DNA from: Balanoglossus misakiensis
Taxonomy: Eukaryota > Animalia > Hemichordata
Assembly (NCBI GenBank): GCA_040954595.2
Contig: CM082578.2
Span: 3,082,831 to 3,146,830, forward strand
Reading direction: 5' to 3'
DNA length: 64,000 nt
This document shows positions 26,301-39,664 of this stretch, piece by piece; the first letter of the stretch is position 1, and every line of letters starts with the position of its first letter. Made by a program: the position numbers and the translations under genes. The notes under the pieces are model-generated. The model made no database searches. It saw only the letters and a program-made list of their open reading frames with translations, and was not told the origin of the DNA.

Positions 26301-29300
26301 CACCCACAGTTTGTGCAGAAAATTTTGACCCATAGTGGTCCATGTCCAACAAAAACCAGACCTCTAACCCTTTTGGTTAGCCCGGAATTAGGTATGCACA
26401 TAAATAATGAGTTAAGCAGGTGTCACAGGTGACCCAAAACTTTGGCTTTTCATTATGGCCCCATACCTCCAAACGCCAAGGCTGTATCTGCTGTGGATGC
26501 TGAGATTTGCGAAATTAGGTCAAAGGTCACCAGAGGTCACCCAAAATTTGGGTAAAAAATTTTGACCCTATAGTTGTCCTGTCCAACAAAAACAAAACCT
26601 CTAGGTCTATTGGTTCACCTGTAATTAGGTATGCGCATATTTAATGAGGTCAGCAGAGGTCAAAGGGGTCATGAAAAGTACCAAAATTTTTTGATCACAT
26701 ACAAATCCACATACATCAAAAACCAAACTTATAGCCCTATTGGTTAGCCTGGAATTAGATATGCAGAAAATTGATGCGTCAAAAGTAGGTCAAAGGTCAT
26801 TGCCAAAATTACCAAAATATTTATAGCTTATTCTTGTTATATGATGATTCATATCCATAAAAAGAATTTCTGTGCTATCAATTTTTAGGCTAGAAAGGGA
26901 ATTTTTACTTTTTAATCGTTTTTAAGAAAATCCAATATGGCCGCCATAATCTTCGACCAATCACATTCCTCTTCGCAAACTTGATAGACATCTGTTGAAT
27001 GACCACACACACAAAATCTTGTGACTCGGTTATCGCCGGTTCTTGAGAAGAAGATTTTTGAAATTTTACTAGGGTTTTTCGAAAATCCAATATGGCCGCC
27101 ATAATCTTCGACCAATCACAATGATCTTCGCAAACTTGATAGACATCAGTTAGGTGACCACATACCCCAAATCCCATGTCTCGGTTATCACCGGTTCTGG
27201 AGAAGAAGATTTTTGAAATTCAAGCCAGATTTCAGAAAAAAAATTGTAGCAAAAAAACTGCAACATTGACAGCATAATTTCCAATTACAAAAATGTTTGA
27301 CAGAAGGTAGTCTACCTGCACGCCAAATTTGAAGTCGATCTGACTTGTAGTTTCTGAGATCTGAGATTTGCATTTTTTCAGAAAATCCAAGATGGCCGCC
27401 AGATCATGTGACTAATTAAAAATTCATGGGTTCAATGCACGACTACTCATTGACCTTGACCACTGTAGCAAGTTTGAGAACTGTACCTGCAGTGGTGTCT
27501 GAGATCTAGAGCGACAAAGAAATGACAGAAGAATAAAGAAAGAAAGAAAGAAAGAAAGAAAGAATTAAAGCTGCAAGCAGCATTGTCCGGGCCCAAGCTC
27601 TATTATCTGATCAGATTATTAGATATGCACATAATTAATGAGTAGAAACATAATGCTGTATTTTATCCCACGAAATATCAAGGTTATATCTATGTTTGGT
27701 GTTGATATAGTGTTAAGTAGGTCAAAGGTCACCCAGAGGTCACCCACAATTTGGGCAGAAAATTTTGACCCATAGTGGTCCATGTCCAACAAAAACCAGA
27801 CCTCTATCCCTTTTGGTTAGCCCGGAATTAGGTATGCACATAAATAATGAGTTAAGCAGGTGTCACAGGTGACCCAAAACTTTGGCTTTTCATTATGGCC
27901 CCATACCTCCAAACGCCAAGGCTGTATCTGCTGTGGATGTCGAGATATGCAAAAGTAGGTCAAAGGTCATCCGAGGTCACCCAAAATTTGGGCAAAAAAA
28001 TTTGACCCAATACTGGTTCATGTCCAACAAAAACCAAACCTCTAGGTCTATTGGTTCATCTGTAATTAGGTATGCGCATATTTAATGAGGTCAGCAGAGG
28101 TCAAAGGGGTCATGAAAAGTAGCGAAATTTTTTGATTGCATACAAATCCACATACATCAAAAACCAAACTTATAGCCCTATTAGTTAGCCTGGAATTAGA
28201 TATGCAGAAAAATGATGTGTCAAAAGTAGGTCAAAGGTCATTGTCAAAATTACCAAAATATTTATAGCTTATTCTTGGCATATGATGATTCATATCCATA
28301 AAAAGAATTTCTGTGCTATCAATTTTTAGGCTAGAAAGGGAATTTTTACTTTTTAATCGTTTTTCACAAAATCCAATATGGCCGCCATAATCTTCGACCA
28401 ATCACATTCACCTTCGCAAACTTGATAGACATCTGTTTAATGACCACACACACCAAATCTTGTGACTCAGTTATCGCCGGTTCTTGAGAAGAAGATTTTT
28501 GAAATTTTACTAGGGTTTTTCGAAAATCCAATATGGCCGCCATAATCTTCGACCAATCACAATGATCTTCGCAAACTTGATAGACCTCAGTTAGGTGACC
28601 ACATACCCCAAACCACGTGACTCGGTTATTGCCGGTTCTGGAGAAGAAGATTTTTGAAATTTTGACCAGATTTCAGAAAAAAAAATTGTAGCAAAAAAAC
28701 TGCAACATTGACAGCAAAATATCCAATTACAAAAATGATGGGCAGAAGGTACACTACCAGCACACCAAATCTGAAGTAAATCTGACTTGTAGTTTCTGAG
28801 ATCTGAGATTTGCATTTTTTCAGAAAATCCAATATGGCCGCCATGTCACGTGACTAATTAAAAATTCAAGAGTTCAATGCACGACTACCCATTGACCTTG
28901 ACCACTGTAGCAAGTTTGAGAAGTGTACCTGCAGCGGTGTCTGAGATCTAGAGCGACAAAGAAATGACAGAAGAATAAAGAAAGAAGGAAAGACAGATTA
29001 AAGCTGCAAGCAGCATTGTCCGGGCCCAAGCTCTATTATCTGATCTGATTATTAGATATGCACATAATTAATGAGTAGAAACATAATGCTGTGTTTTATC
29101 CCATGAAATATCAAGTTTATATCTATGTTTGGTGTTGATATACTGTTAAGTAGGTCAAAGGTCACCCAGAGGTCACCCACAATTTGGGCAGAAAATTTTG
29201 ACCCATAGTGGTCCATGTCCAACAAAAACCAGATCTCTACCCCTTTTGGTTAGCCCGGAATTAGGTATGCACATAAATAATGAGTTAAGCAGGTGTCACA

Positions 29301-32300
29301 GGTGACCCAAAACTTTGGCTTTTCATTATGGCCCCATACCTCCAAACGCCAAGGCTGTATCTGCTGTGGATGCTGAGATTTGCGAAATTAGGTCAAAGGT
29401 CACCAGAGGCCACCCAAAATTTGGGTAAAAAATTTTGACCCCATACTTGTCCTGTATAACAAAAACAAAACCTCTAGGTCTATTGTTTCATCTGTAATTA
29501 GGTATGTGCATATTTAATGAGGTCAGCAAAGGTCAAAGGGGTCATGAAAAGTACCAAAATTTTTTGATCACATACAAATCCACATACATCAAAAACCAAA
29601 ATGATAGCCTTAAAGGTTAGCCTGGAATTAGATATGCAGAAAAATGATGCGTCAAAAGTAGGTCAAAGGTCATTGCCAAAATTACCAAAATATTTTTAGC
29701 TTATTCTTGGCATATGATGATTCATATCCATACAAAGAATTTCTGTGCTATCAATTTTTAGGCTAGAAAGGGAATTTTTACTTTTTAATCGTTTTTCACA
29801 AAATCCAATATGGCCGCCATAATCTTCGACCAATCACATTCCCCTTCGCAAACTTTATAGACATCTGTTTAATGACCACACACACCAAATCTTGTGACTC
29901 GGTTATCGCCCGTTCTGGAGAAGAAGATTTTTGAAGTTTTACTATGGTTTTTCGAAAATCCAATATGGCCGCCATAATCTTCGACCAATCACAATGATCT
30001 TCGCAAACTTGATAGACATCTGTTAGATGACCACATACCCCAAACGGCTTGACTCGGTTATCGCTGGTTCTGGAGAAGAAGATTTTTGAAATTTAAGCCA
30101 GATTTCAGAAAAAAAATTGTAGCAAAAAAACTGCAACATTGTCAGCATAATTTCCAATTACAAAAATGATGGGCAGAAGGTAGTCTACCAGCATGCCAAA
30201 TTTGAAGTTGATCTGACTTGTAGTTTCTGAGATCTGAGATTTGCATTTTTTTAGAAAATCCAAGATGGCCGCCAGGTCACGTGACTAATTAAAAATTCAC
30301 AGGTTCAATGCACGACTACTCATTGACCTTGACCACTGTAGCAAGTTTCAGAAGTGTACCTGCAGCGGTGTCTGAGATCTAGAGCGACAAAGAATTGACA
30401 CAAGAATAAAGAAAGAAAGAAAGAAAGAAGAAAGAAGGAAAGACAGAAAAACCCCAACGAAACCAATAGGGCCCAAGCGCTGGTATGCGCTTGGGCCCTA
30501 AAAACCCCAACGAAACCAATAGGGCCCAAGCGCTGGTATGCGCTTGGGCCCTAAAAAACCCCAACGAAACCAATAGGGCCCAAGCGCTGGTATGCGCTTG
30601 GGCCCTAAAAACCCCAACGAAACCAATAGGGCCCAAGCGCTGGTATGCGCTTGGGCCCTAAAAATTCCAACAATAACAATGGGGGCACAAGCCGCCTGAG
30701 GGCGCTTGTGCCCCCAATAATAATAATAATAATAATAATAATTATAATTAAAGCTGCAAGCAGCATTGTCCGGGCCCAAGCTCTATTAACTGATCTGATT
30801 ATTAGATATGCACGTAATTAATGAGTAGAAACATAATGCTGTGTTTTATCCCATGAAATATCAAGGTTATATCTATGTTTGGTGCTGATATAGTGTTAAG
30901 TAGGTCAAAGGTCACCCAGAGGTCACCCACAATTTGGGCAGAAAATTTTGACCCATAGTGGTCCATGTCCAACAAAAAACAGACCTCTACCCCTTTTGGT
31001 TAGCCCGGAATTAGGTATGCACATAAATAATGAGTTAAGCAGGTGTCACAGATGACCAAAAACTTTGGCTTTTCATTATGGCCCCATACCTCCAAACGCC
31101 AAGGCTGTATCTGCTGTGGATGCTGAGATTTGCGAAAGTAGGTCAAAGGTCACCAGAGGTCACCCAACATTTGGGTAAAAAATTTTGACCCCATACTTGT
31201 CCTGTCCTACAAAAACAAAACCTCTAGGTCTATTGGTTCGCCTGTAATTAGCTATGCACATAATTAATGAGGTCAGCAGGGGTCAATGGGGTCATGAAAA
31301 GTAGCAAAATATTTTGATCACACACTAATCCACATACATGAAAAACCAAACTTATAGCCCTATTGGATAGCCTGGAATTAGATATGCAAAAAAATGATGC
31401 GTCAAAAGTAGGTCAAAGGTCATTGCCAAAATTACCAAAATATTTATAGCACATTGTAGTCATATGATGATTCATATCCATAAAAAGAATTTCTGTGCTA
31501 TCAATTTTTAGGCTAGAAAGGGAATTTTTACTTTTTAATCGTTTTTCACAAAATCCAATATGGCTGCCATAATCTTCGACCAATCACAATGCTCTTTGCA
31601 AACTTGATAGACATCTGTTTAATGACCACACACACCAAATCTTGTGACTCGGTTATCGCCGGTTCTTGAGAAGAAGATTTTTGAAATTTTACTAGGGTTT
31701 TTCGAAAATCCAATATGGCCGCCAAAATCTTCGACCAATCACAATGATCTTCGCAAACTTGATAGACATCAGTTAGGTGACCACATACACCAAACCCTGT
31801 GTCTCGGTTATCACCTGTTCTGGAGAAGAAGATTTTTGAAATTTAAGCCAGATTTCAGAAAAAAAATTGTAGCAAAAAAACTGCAACATTGACAGCATAA
31901 TTTCTATTTACAAAAATGATGGGCAGAATGAAATCTACCTGCACGCCAAATTTGAAGTCGATCTGACTTGTAGTTTCTGAGATCTGAGATTTGCTTTTTT
32001 TCAGAAAATCCAAGATGGCCGCCAGGTCACGTGACTAATTAAAAATTCAAGGGTTCAATGCACAACTACTCATTGACCTTGACTACTGTAGCAAGTTTCA
32101 GAAGTGTACCTGCAGCTGTGTCTGAGATCTCGTGGGTCAAAGAATTGACACAAGAATAAAGAAAGAAAGAAAGAATTAAAGCTGCAAGCAGCATTGTCCG
32201 GGCCCAAGCTCTATTATCTGATCAGATTATTAGATATGCACATAATTAATGAGTAGAAACATAATGCTGTGTTTTATCCCAAGAAATATCAAGGTTATAT

Positions 32301-35300
32301 CTATGTTTGGTGCTGATATAGTGTTAAGTAGGTCAAAGGTCATCTGAGGTCACCCAAAATTTGGGCAGAAAATTTTGACCCATAGTTGTCCATGGCCAAC
32401 AAAAACCAGACCTCTAGCCCTTTTGGTTAGCCCGGAATTAGGTATGCACATAAATAATGAGTTAAGCAGGTGTCACAGGTGACCAAAAACTTTGGCTTTT
32501 CATTATGGCCCCATACCTCCAAATGCCAAGGCTGTATCTGCTGTGGATGTCGAGATATGCAAAAGTAGGTCAAAGGTCACCCAAGGTCACCCAACATTTG
32601 GGCAAAATTTGTTGACCCAATACTGGTCCATGTCCAACAGAAACCAAACCTCTAGGTCTATTGGTTCATCTGTAATTAGGTATGCACATATTTAATGAGG
32701 TCAGCAGAGGTCAAAGGGGTCATGAAAAGTAGCTAAATTTTTTGATCACATACAAATCCACATACATCAAAAACCAAAATGATAGCCCTATAGGTTAGCC
32801 TGGAATTAGATATGCAGAAAAAACGATGTGTCAAAAGTAGGTCAAAGGTCATTGCCAAAATTACCAAAATATTTGGGGTAGGTCCTGGCAGGGGTGATAC
32901 CAATGTGCACAAAAATCAGAACTCTGGTACATTTAGAACAGGTAGTATGAGCTATATATGCATATATGCAGGTTCTTAAAAAAGTAGGTCAAAGGTCATG
33001 TGAAAATTGCCAAAAAATTTGCAACATATTCTAGTCATATGACGACTCATATCCACAAAAAGAATTTGTATGCTATCTATTTTTAGACTAGAAAAATGAT
33101 TTCTTAATTTTCACTGGTTTTTACAAAATCCAATATGGCCGCCATAATCTTCAACCAATCACAACGCTCTTCGCAAACTTGATAGACATCAGTTAGGTGA
33201 CCACATACACCAAACCCTGTGTCTCGGTTATCACTGGTTCTGGAGAAGAAGATTTTTGAAATTTTAGCCAGATTTCAGAAAAAAAATTGTAGCAAAAAAC
33301 TGCAACTTTGTCAGCATAATTTCCAATTACAAAAATGATGGGCAGAAGGTAGTCTACCAGCATGCCAAATTTGAAGTCGATCTGACTTGTAGTTTCTGAG
33401 ATCTGAGATTTGCATTTTTTCAGAAAATCCAAGATGGCCGCCAGGTCACGTGACTAATTAAAAATTCAAGGGTTCAATGCACGACTACTCATTGACCTTG
33501 ACCACTGTAGCAAGTTTCAGAAGTGTACCTGCAGCAGTGTCTGAGATCTCGTGGGTCAAAGAATTGACACAAGAATAAAGAAAGAAATTAAAGCTGCAAG
33601 CAGCATTGTCCGGGCCCAAGCTCTATTATCTGATCTGATTATTAGATATGCACATAATTAATGAATAGAAACATAATGCTGTGTTTTATCCCAAGATCTA
33701 TCAAGGTTATATCTATGTTTGGTGCTGATATAGTGTTAAGTAGGTCAAAGGCACCCAGGGGTCACCCACAATTTGAGGAGAATATTTTGACCCATAGTGG
33801 TCCATGTCCAATAAAAACCAGACCTCTAGCCCTTTTGGTTAGCCCGGAATTAGGTATGTACATAAATAATGAGTTAAGCAGGTGTCACAGGTGACCCAAA
33901 ACATTGGCTTTTCATTATGGCCCCATATCTCCAAATGCCAAGGCTGTACCTGCTTTGGATGCCGAGATATGCAAAAGTAGGTCAAAGGTCATCTGAGGTC
34001 ACCCAAAATTTGGGCAGAAAATGTTTACCCATAGTGGTCCATGTCCAATAAAAACCAGACCTCTAGCTGTATTGGTTCACCTGTAATCAGTTATGCACAT
34101 AATTAATGAGGTCAGCAGAGGTCACAGGTGACCCAAAACTTTGGCTTTTCATTATGGCCCCATATCTGCAAATGCCAAGGCTGTACCTGCTTTGGATGCC
34201 GAGATATGCAAAAGTAGGTCAAAGGTCACCGGAGGTCACCCAACATTTGGGCAAAATATTTTGACCCCATACTGATCCATGTCCAAAAAACCCCAAACCT
34301 TTAGGTCTATTGGTTAATCTGTAATTAGGTATGCGCATATTTAATGAGGTCACCAGAGGTCAAAGGGGTCATGAAAAGTAGCAAAATTTTTTGATCACGT
34401 ACAAATCCACATACATCAAAAACCAAACTTATAGCCCTATTGGTTAGCCTGGAATTAGATATGCAGAAAAATGATTCGTCAAAAGTAGGTCAAAGGTCAT
34501 TGCCAAAATTACCAAAATATTTATAGCTTATTCTTGTCATATGATGATTCATATCCATAAAAAGAATTTCTGTGCTATCAATTTTTAGGCTAGAAAAGGA
34601 ATTTTTACTTTTTAATCGTTTTTCACAAAATCCAATATGGCCGCCATAATCTTCGACCAATCACATTCCCCTTCGCAAACTTGATAGACATCTGTTTAAT
34701 GATCACACACACCAAATCTTGTGACTCGGTTATCGCCAGTTCTGGAGAAGAAGATTTTTGAAGTTTTACTATGGTTTTTCGAAAATCCAATATGGCCGCC
34801 ATAATCTTCGACCAATCACAATGATCTTCGCAAACTTGATAGACATCTGTTAGGTGACCACATACCCCAAACGGCGTGACTCGGTTATCGTCGGTTCTGG
34901 AGAAGAAGATTTTTGAAATTTAAGCCAGATTTCAGAAAAAAAATTGTAGCAAAAAAACTGCAACATTGTCAGCATAATTTCCAATTACAAAAATGATAGG
35001 CAAAAGGTAGTCTACCAGCATGCCAAATTTGAAGTCGATCTGACTTGTAGTTTCTGAGATCTGAGATTTGCATTTTTTTAGAAAATCCAAGATGGCCGCC
35101 AGGTCACGTGACTAATTAAAAATTCACAGGTTCAATGCACGACTACTCATTGACCTTGACCACTGTAGCAAGTTTCAGAAGTGTACCTGCAGCGGTGTCT
35201 GAGATCTAGAGCGACAAAGAATTGACACAAGAATAAAGAAAGAAAGAAGAAAGAAGGAAAGACAGAATTAAAGCTGCAAGCAGCATTGTCCGGGCCCAAG

Positions 35301-36918
35301 CTCTATTATCTGATCTGCACATAATTAATGAGTAGAAACATAATGCTGTGTTTTATCCCATGACATATCAAGGTTATATCTATGTTTGGTGCTGATATTG
35401 TGTTAAGTAGGTCAAAGGTCATCTGAGGTCAACCAAAATTTGGGCAGAAAATTTTGACCCATAGTGGTCCATGTCCAACAAAAACCAGACCTCTAGCCCT
35501 TTTGGTTAGCCCGGAATTAGGTATGCACATAAATAATAAGTTAATCAGGTGTCATAGGTGACCCAAAACTTTGGCTTTTCATTATGGCCCCATACCTCCA
35601 AACGCCAAGGCTGTATCTGCTGTGGATGTCGAGATATGCAAAAGTAGGTCAAAGGTCATCTGAGGTCATCCAAAATTTGGGCAAAAAATTTTGACCCCAT
35701 ACTGGTCCATGTCCAACAAAAACCAAAGCTCTAGCTCAATTGGTTCGCCTGTAATTAGCTATGCACATAATTAATGAGGTCAGCAGAGGTCAAAGGGGTC
35801 ATGAAAAGTAGCAAAATATTTTGATCACACACTAATCCACATGCATCTAAAACAAAACGTCTAGCCCTATAGGTTAGCCTGGAAATAGATATGCAGAAAT
35901 AATAATGTGTGAAAAGTAGGTCAAAGGTCATGTGAAAAATCGCCAAAAATTTGTAACATATTGTAGTCATATGACGATTGATATCCATAAAAAGAATTTG
36001 TATGCTATCAATTTTTATACTAGAAAAAGGAATTTTAATTTTTCACTGCTTTTTACAAAATCCAATATGGCCGCCATAATCTTCGACCAATCACATTCCT
36101 CTTCCCAAACTTGATAGACATCTGTTTAATGACCACACACACCAAATCTTGCGACTCGGTTATCGCCGGTTCTTGAGAAGAAGATTTTTGAAATTTTACT
36201 AGGGTTTTTCGAAAATCCAATATGGCCACCATAATCTTCGACCAATCACAATGATCTTCGCAAACTTGATAGACATCAGTTAGGTGACCACATACCCCAA
36301 ACCCCGTGTCTCGGTTATCACCGGTTCTGGAGAAGAAGATTTTTGAAATTTAAGCCAGATTTCAGAAAAAAAATTGTAGCAAAAAAACTGCAACTTTGTC
36401 AGCATAATTTCCAATTACAAAAATGATTGACAGAAGGTAGTCTACCTGCACGCCAAATTTGAAGTTGATCTGACTTGTAGTTTCTGAGATCTGAGATTTG
36501 CATTTTTTCAGAAAATTCAAGATGGCCGCCAGGTCATGTGACTAATTAAAAATTCATGGGTTCAATGCACGACTACTCATTGACCTTGACCACTGTAGCA
36601 AGTTTGAGAACTGTACCTGCAGTGGTGTCTGAGATCTAGAGCGACAAAGAATTGACAGAAGAATAAAGAAAGAAGAAAGAAAGAAAGAAGGAAAGACAGA
36701 AAAACCCCAACGAAACCAATAGGGCCCAAGCGCTGGCTTGCGCTTGGGCCCTAAAAACCCAGACGAAACCAATAGGGCCCAAGCGCTGGTATGCGCTTGG
36801 GCCCTAAGAAAGTAAAATTCCAACGAAACCAATACGGGCCCAAGCCTGGCTTGGCTTGGGCCCGTAAAAATTCCAACGAAACCAATACGGGCCCAAGCCT
36901 GGCTTGGCTTGGGCCCGT
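17311..36918 (-). mobile_element. Nest of 13 non-autonomous Helentron-type (HINE/DINE-1-like) elements of ~1.1-1.7 kb
   Basis: On the minus strand each has a 5' hairpin AGGGCCCAAGCGC-N6-GCGCTTGGGCCCT, (TTTC)n microsatellite, body with internal repeats, 3' subterminal IR GCTTGGGCCC, short stem-loop GCTGC-TT-GCAGC, and sits in TT; 3' ends at 17311, 18513, 20239, 21677, 23347, 24767, 26135, 27564, 28997, 30747, 32175, 33587, 35267. Confidence 0.85.
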
Positions 36919-37240
36919 AATAATAATACACATTTAAAAAAATCCACGATCGGGGGAACATTTCTTGTAGACAGTCCACCGCTAGTTAACACGGCCGGAT
37001 ATATTTGTAGTTCGGCCTTCTGTTCACACGTGCAGTAAGGCTATTGTTTAGCATGGACTAAGAAGTTAAAAGTCCGTTGTTAGCCTGGGATTGCCTGTTC
37101 ACACGTGCAGTTGACAACGGTCTACAATTGATTCGGTGTCTAGCGCGGGTTAAACAACCACGTGTAAATGTAGCTTTAGAAAAGAGTACCTGAAACTTTT
37201 CACAGAACAAGCAGCATTGATTCCAGCAGGTAATTCATTC

Positions 37241-38544
37241 TATAATTTACTATATTCATAGACCCGGTTATTACCAGAGTGTGACGTCATACTACAGTAA
37301 TAAGAAATCGACAGATTGCATATTACCGTAGTACGACGTCACTGCCAATAATTCTGCCGGAACTACTTTCAGTTTGTAAACAAATAAAAATACTATCCTA
37401 CGATGTTATTTTGAAGTTTGGGAAAAATGGGGTTACAAATAATAAAGCACATGTGAAGTATCGTTTAATTATGTTTTATTAGTTTGCTCGATGTATTAAA
37501 ACTGTGGCGGGGAAAGTTTGACGACTGTCGTCTGCGCTTCAAAATTTTTGCTCGATCAAAGATATTAGCGACAGAGGCATATAGCTAGCTATGTCGTCGA
37601 ACGACATTGATGATTTTATAAAGAGCCAAAGAAAGCAGAACATTGTAAAATCGACCACAAACGCGGTGCAACAACTTAGGAAATTTCTAGAGGAGACAGA
37701 AGATGGTTCAGCGACAGATCTACATGAAATTCCTCCTGAAAATCTGGACGTCTGCCTGTCGAAATTCTTCATCGCTTCGAGGCAGAGCGCGCGACGGGTC
37801 TGACTACGAGCCGGACACTCTCACATACCAGCTCGGGATCAACAGCACGCTCTTTTGCCTTACCGAGCTCAGTCATCCACACCAACTCACGTCTGTCGCA
37901 GCGTCTCCCTTCCAGCCTACATCATCGGCCGGAGGTATCGTAGCGGCTGCAGCTGCGGGAATGTTTTCTGGGACTACCATGACCGATTGTTCGATCAACG
38001 GGCAGCATCAATGTTGCTGGGACCGCGAGTCAGCCAGTGCCGCGATCGCGACCGTGCGAACGTCGAGCCGTAATCGACGATACTAGCGATAGTTCACAGG
38101 ATTGAGATGTTGACTGTTTGATTTCGTGACTGTTGAATTTGTTGTGAAACAATGCATTTTAAAACTAGTTGACAAATACTAGTTCGACTTGCATGTATGT
38201 TCCGTCTCACACAAAATTTATGAATGAGCTGAATCAGCTGAGCTGAGCCTCTTCACCATTTTTCTCTATATCCATGCGCAGCTTGAAATAATTAAAACCC
38301 TTCCGAAACCATTAAAATCAATGTTATTGCAAAATATTAAGACTGTCCCGGGTCTATGAATATAATAAATACATAATCTCCCAGTATTTCTCACTCGTAT
38401 TACGTCAGCAAGGGACTCGTGACTCCCCCATAGCTGTATCCCCTCCTCGCCTATCGGCTCGGAGGGATACGGCCGCTATGGGGGAGTCACTCGTCCCTCG
38501 CTGACGTAATACTCGTTCGAAATACTGGGAGATTATATATAATT
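37241..38544 (+). mobile_element. Internally deleted CryptonA derivative with intact ends
   Basis: TATAATT direct repeat at both ends; 23-bp IR 37245-37267/38348-38370; 164-nt terminal hairpin 38373-38536; ORF remnant DIDDFIKSQRKQNIVKST...EIPPENLD...DGSDYEPDTL lacking the YR catalytic part. Confidence 0.8.
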
Positions 38545-38769
38545 ATTGATCTCGAATAAATATGACTATTTTTTTACCTGTACATGTGAGTGTGGAGTTC
38601 TTTTGTCGAGATCCCTTTGCAGTGGCCGTATATATGCAAGGGCCTGTCTTAAGGGTGATTCATCTCGCAGATAGGGGATTGTGTATCCACACGATGGCAT
38701 TGGTACTTCCTCCAAAATTTTGCCACTAGATGAGGCATGCACTAGATGAGACAGTTCTGTCAATCAAAA

Positions 38770-39475
38770 AAATAGGTCAAAGGTCACCTGAGGTCACCCA
38801 AAATTTGGGCAAGATATTTTGACCCTATACTGGTCCATGTCCCACAAGAACGAAACCTCTAGCCCTATTAGTTAGCCCGGAATTAGGTATGCACATAATT
38901 AATGTGTTAAGCAGGTGTTACAGGTGAGCCCAAAATTTTGCCTTTCATTTTGGCCCCATTGTGCTCACTGACCAATAGACAGTCACTGTACAGGACTATT
39001 GCACAGACCAGAATTCCACAATAAGACGTGGACATAGCTTAACCATAGAGGTATAAGTAAAGGTATAAATTTAATAAAAAGACTAAAAAATTCATAAAAA
39101 ATAAAACATCCACGATATCAACTTAACACTTACAGGTCGGTGTGAGGTTGACATATGGTACATGCATACCAATTTCCAAAGCAATCTGACCAGTAGTTGT
39201 TGACTTACAGAGTTTTTTTATCAATTTCACATTTTTCCAGCTAATTTGCATATTTTTGGGCCTGGCAACTTCGTTTGGACAAACTCCCATCTACAGCCCA
39301 GCCTGCACCTACACAACAAATATTGAGGTGATACGCGCAGCGGTTTTCAAGTTTTTGATGTGGACGGACATACAGACATACATCCATACATACATCCATC
39401 CATCCATACATACACACAGACGCAACCCATCCCATAAGGTCCCATGGTATATAGGCCTATACCAATGGGACCTAA
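38770..39475 (-). mobile_element. HINE-type element inserted at a T-run within an exon of the accessory gene
   Basis: Body shares AGGTCAAAGGTCACCTGAGGTCACCC blocks with the array; (CATA/CATC)n microsatellite; terminal hairpin GGTCCCAT-GGTATA-..-TATACC-AATGGGACC; removal rejoins REGG|FLID. Confidence 0.75.
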
Positions 39476-39664
39476 AAACCCTCCTTCCCTTAGTTTTGGG
39501 AAATTGCGGAACAGGGTTTCCTTGAAGTGTTCATACCCGCCATCTCTATCGAACTGTATTTTACGCTCTCCAAGTCCAACAAGTCTCAAAGAGTCTCTTT
39601 CAAACACATCTGGCACATGATTGTGGTCTCTTTCAGCCAAGGAGCAAAATCTATGTGTCCAAGT

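Noticed and set aside
17311-36918. Simple ~1.4-kb tandem satellite, and its many recurring short ORFs
   Set aside because: End modules are clustered and subtype-matched in nested order; ORFs are short, vary in stops between copies and have no recognisable domain
36940-37178. Harbinger-like MITE end (...CACGTGTAAATGTAGC)
   Set aside because: No matching left terminus or TSD found
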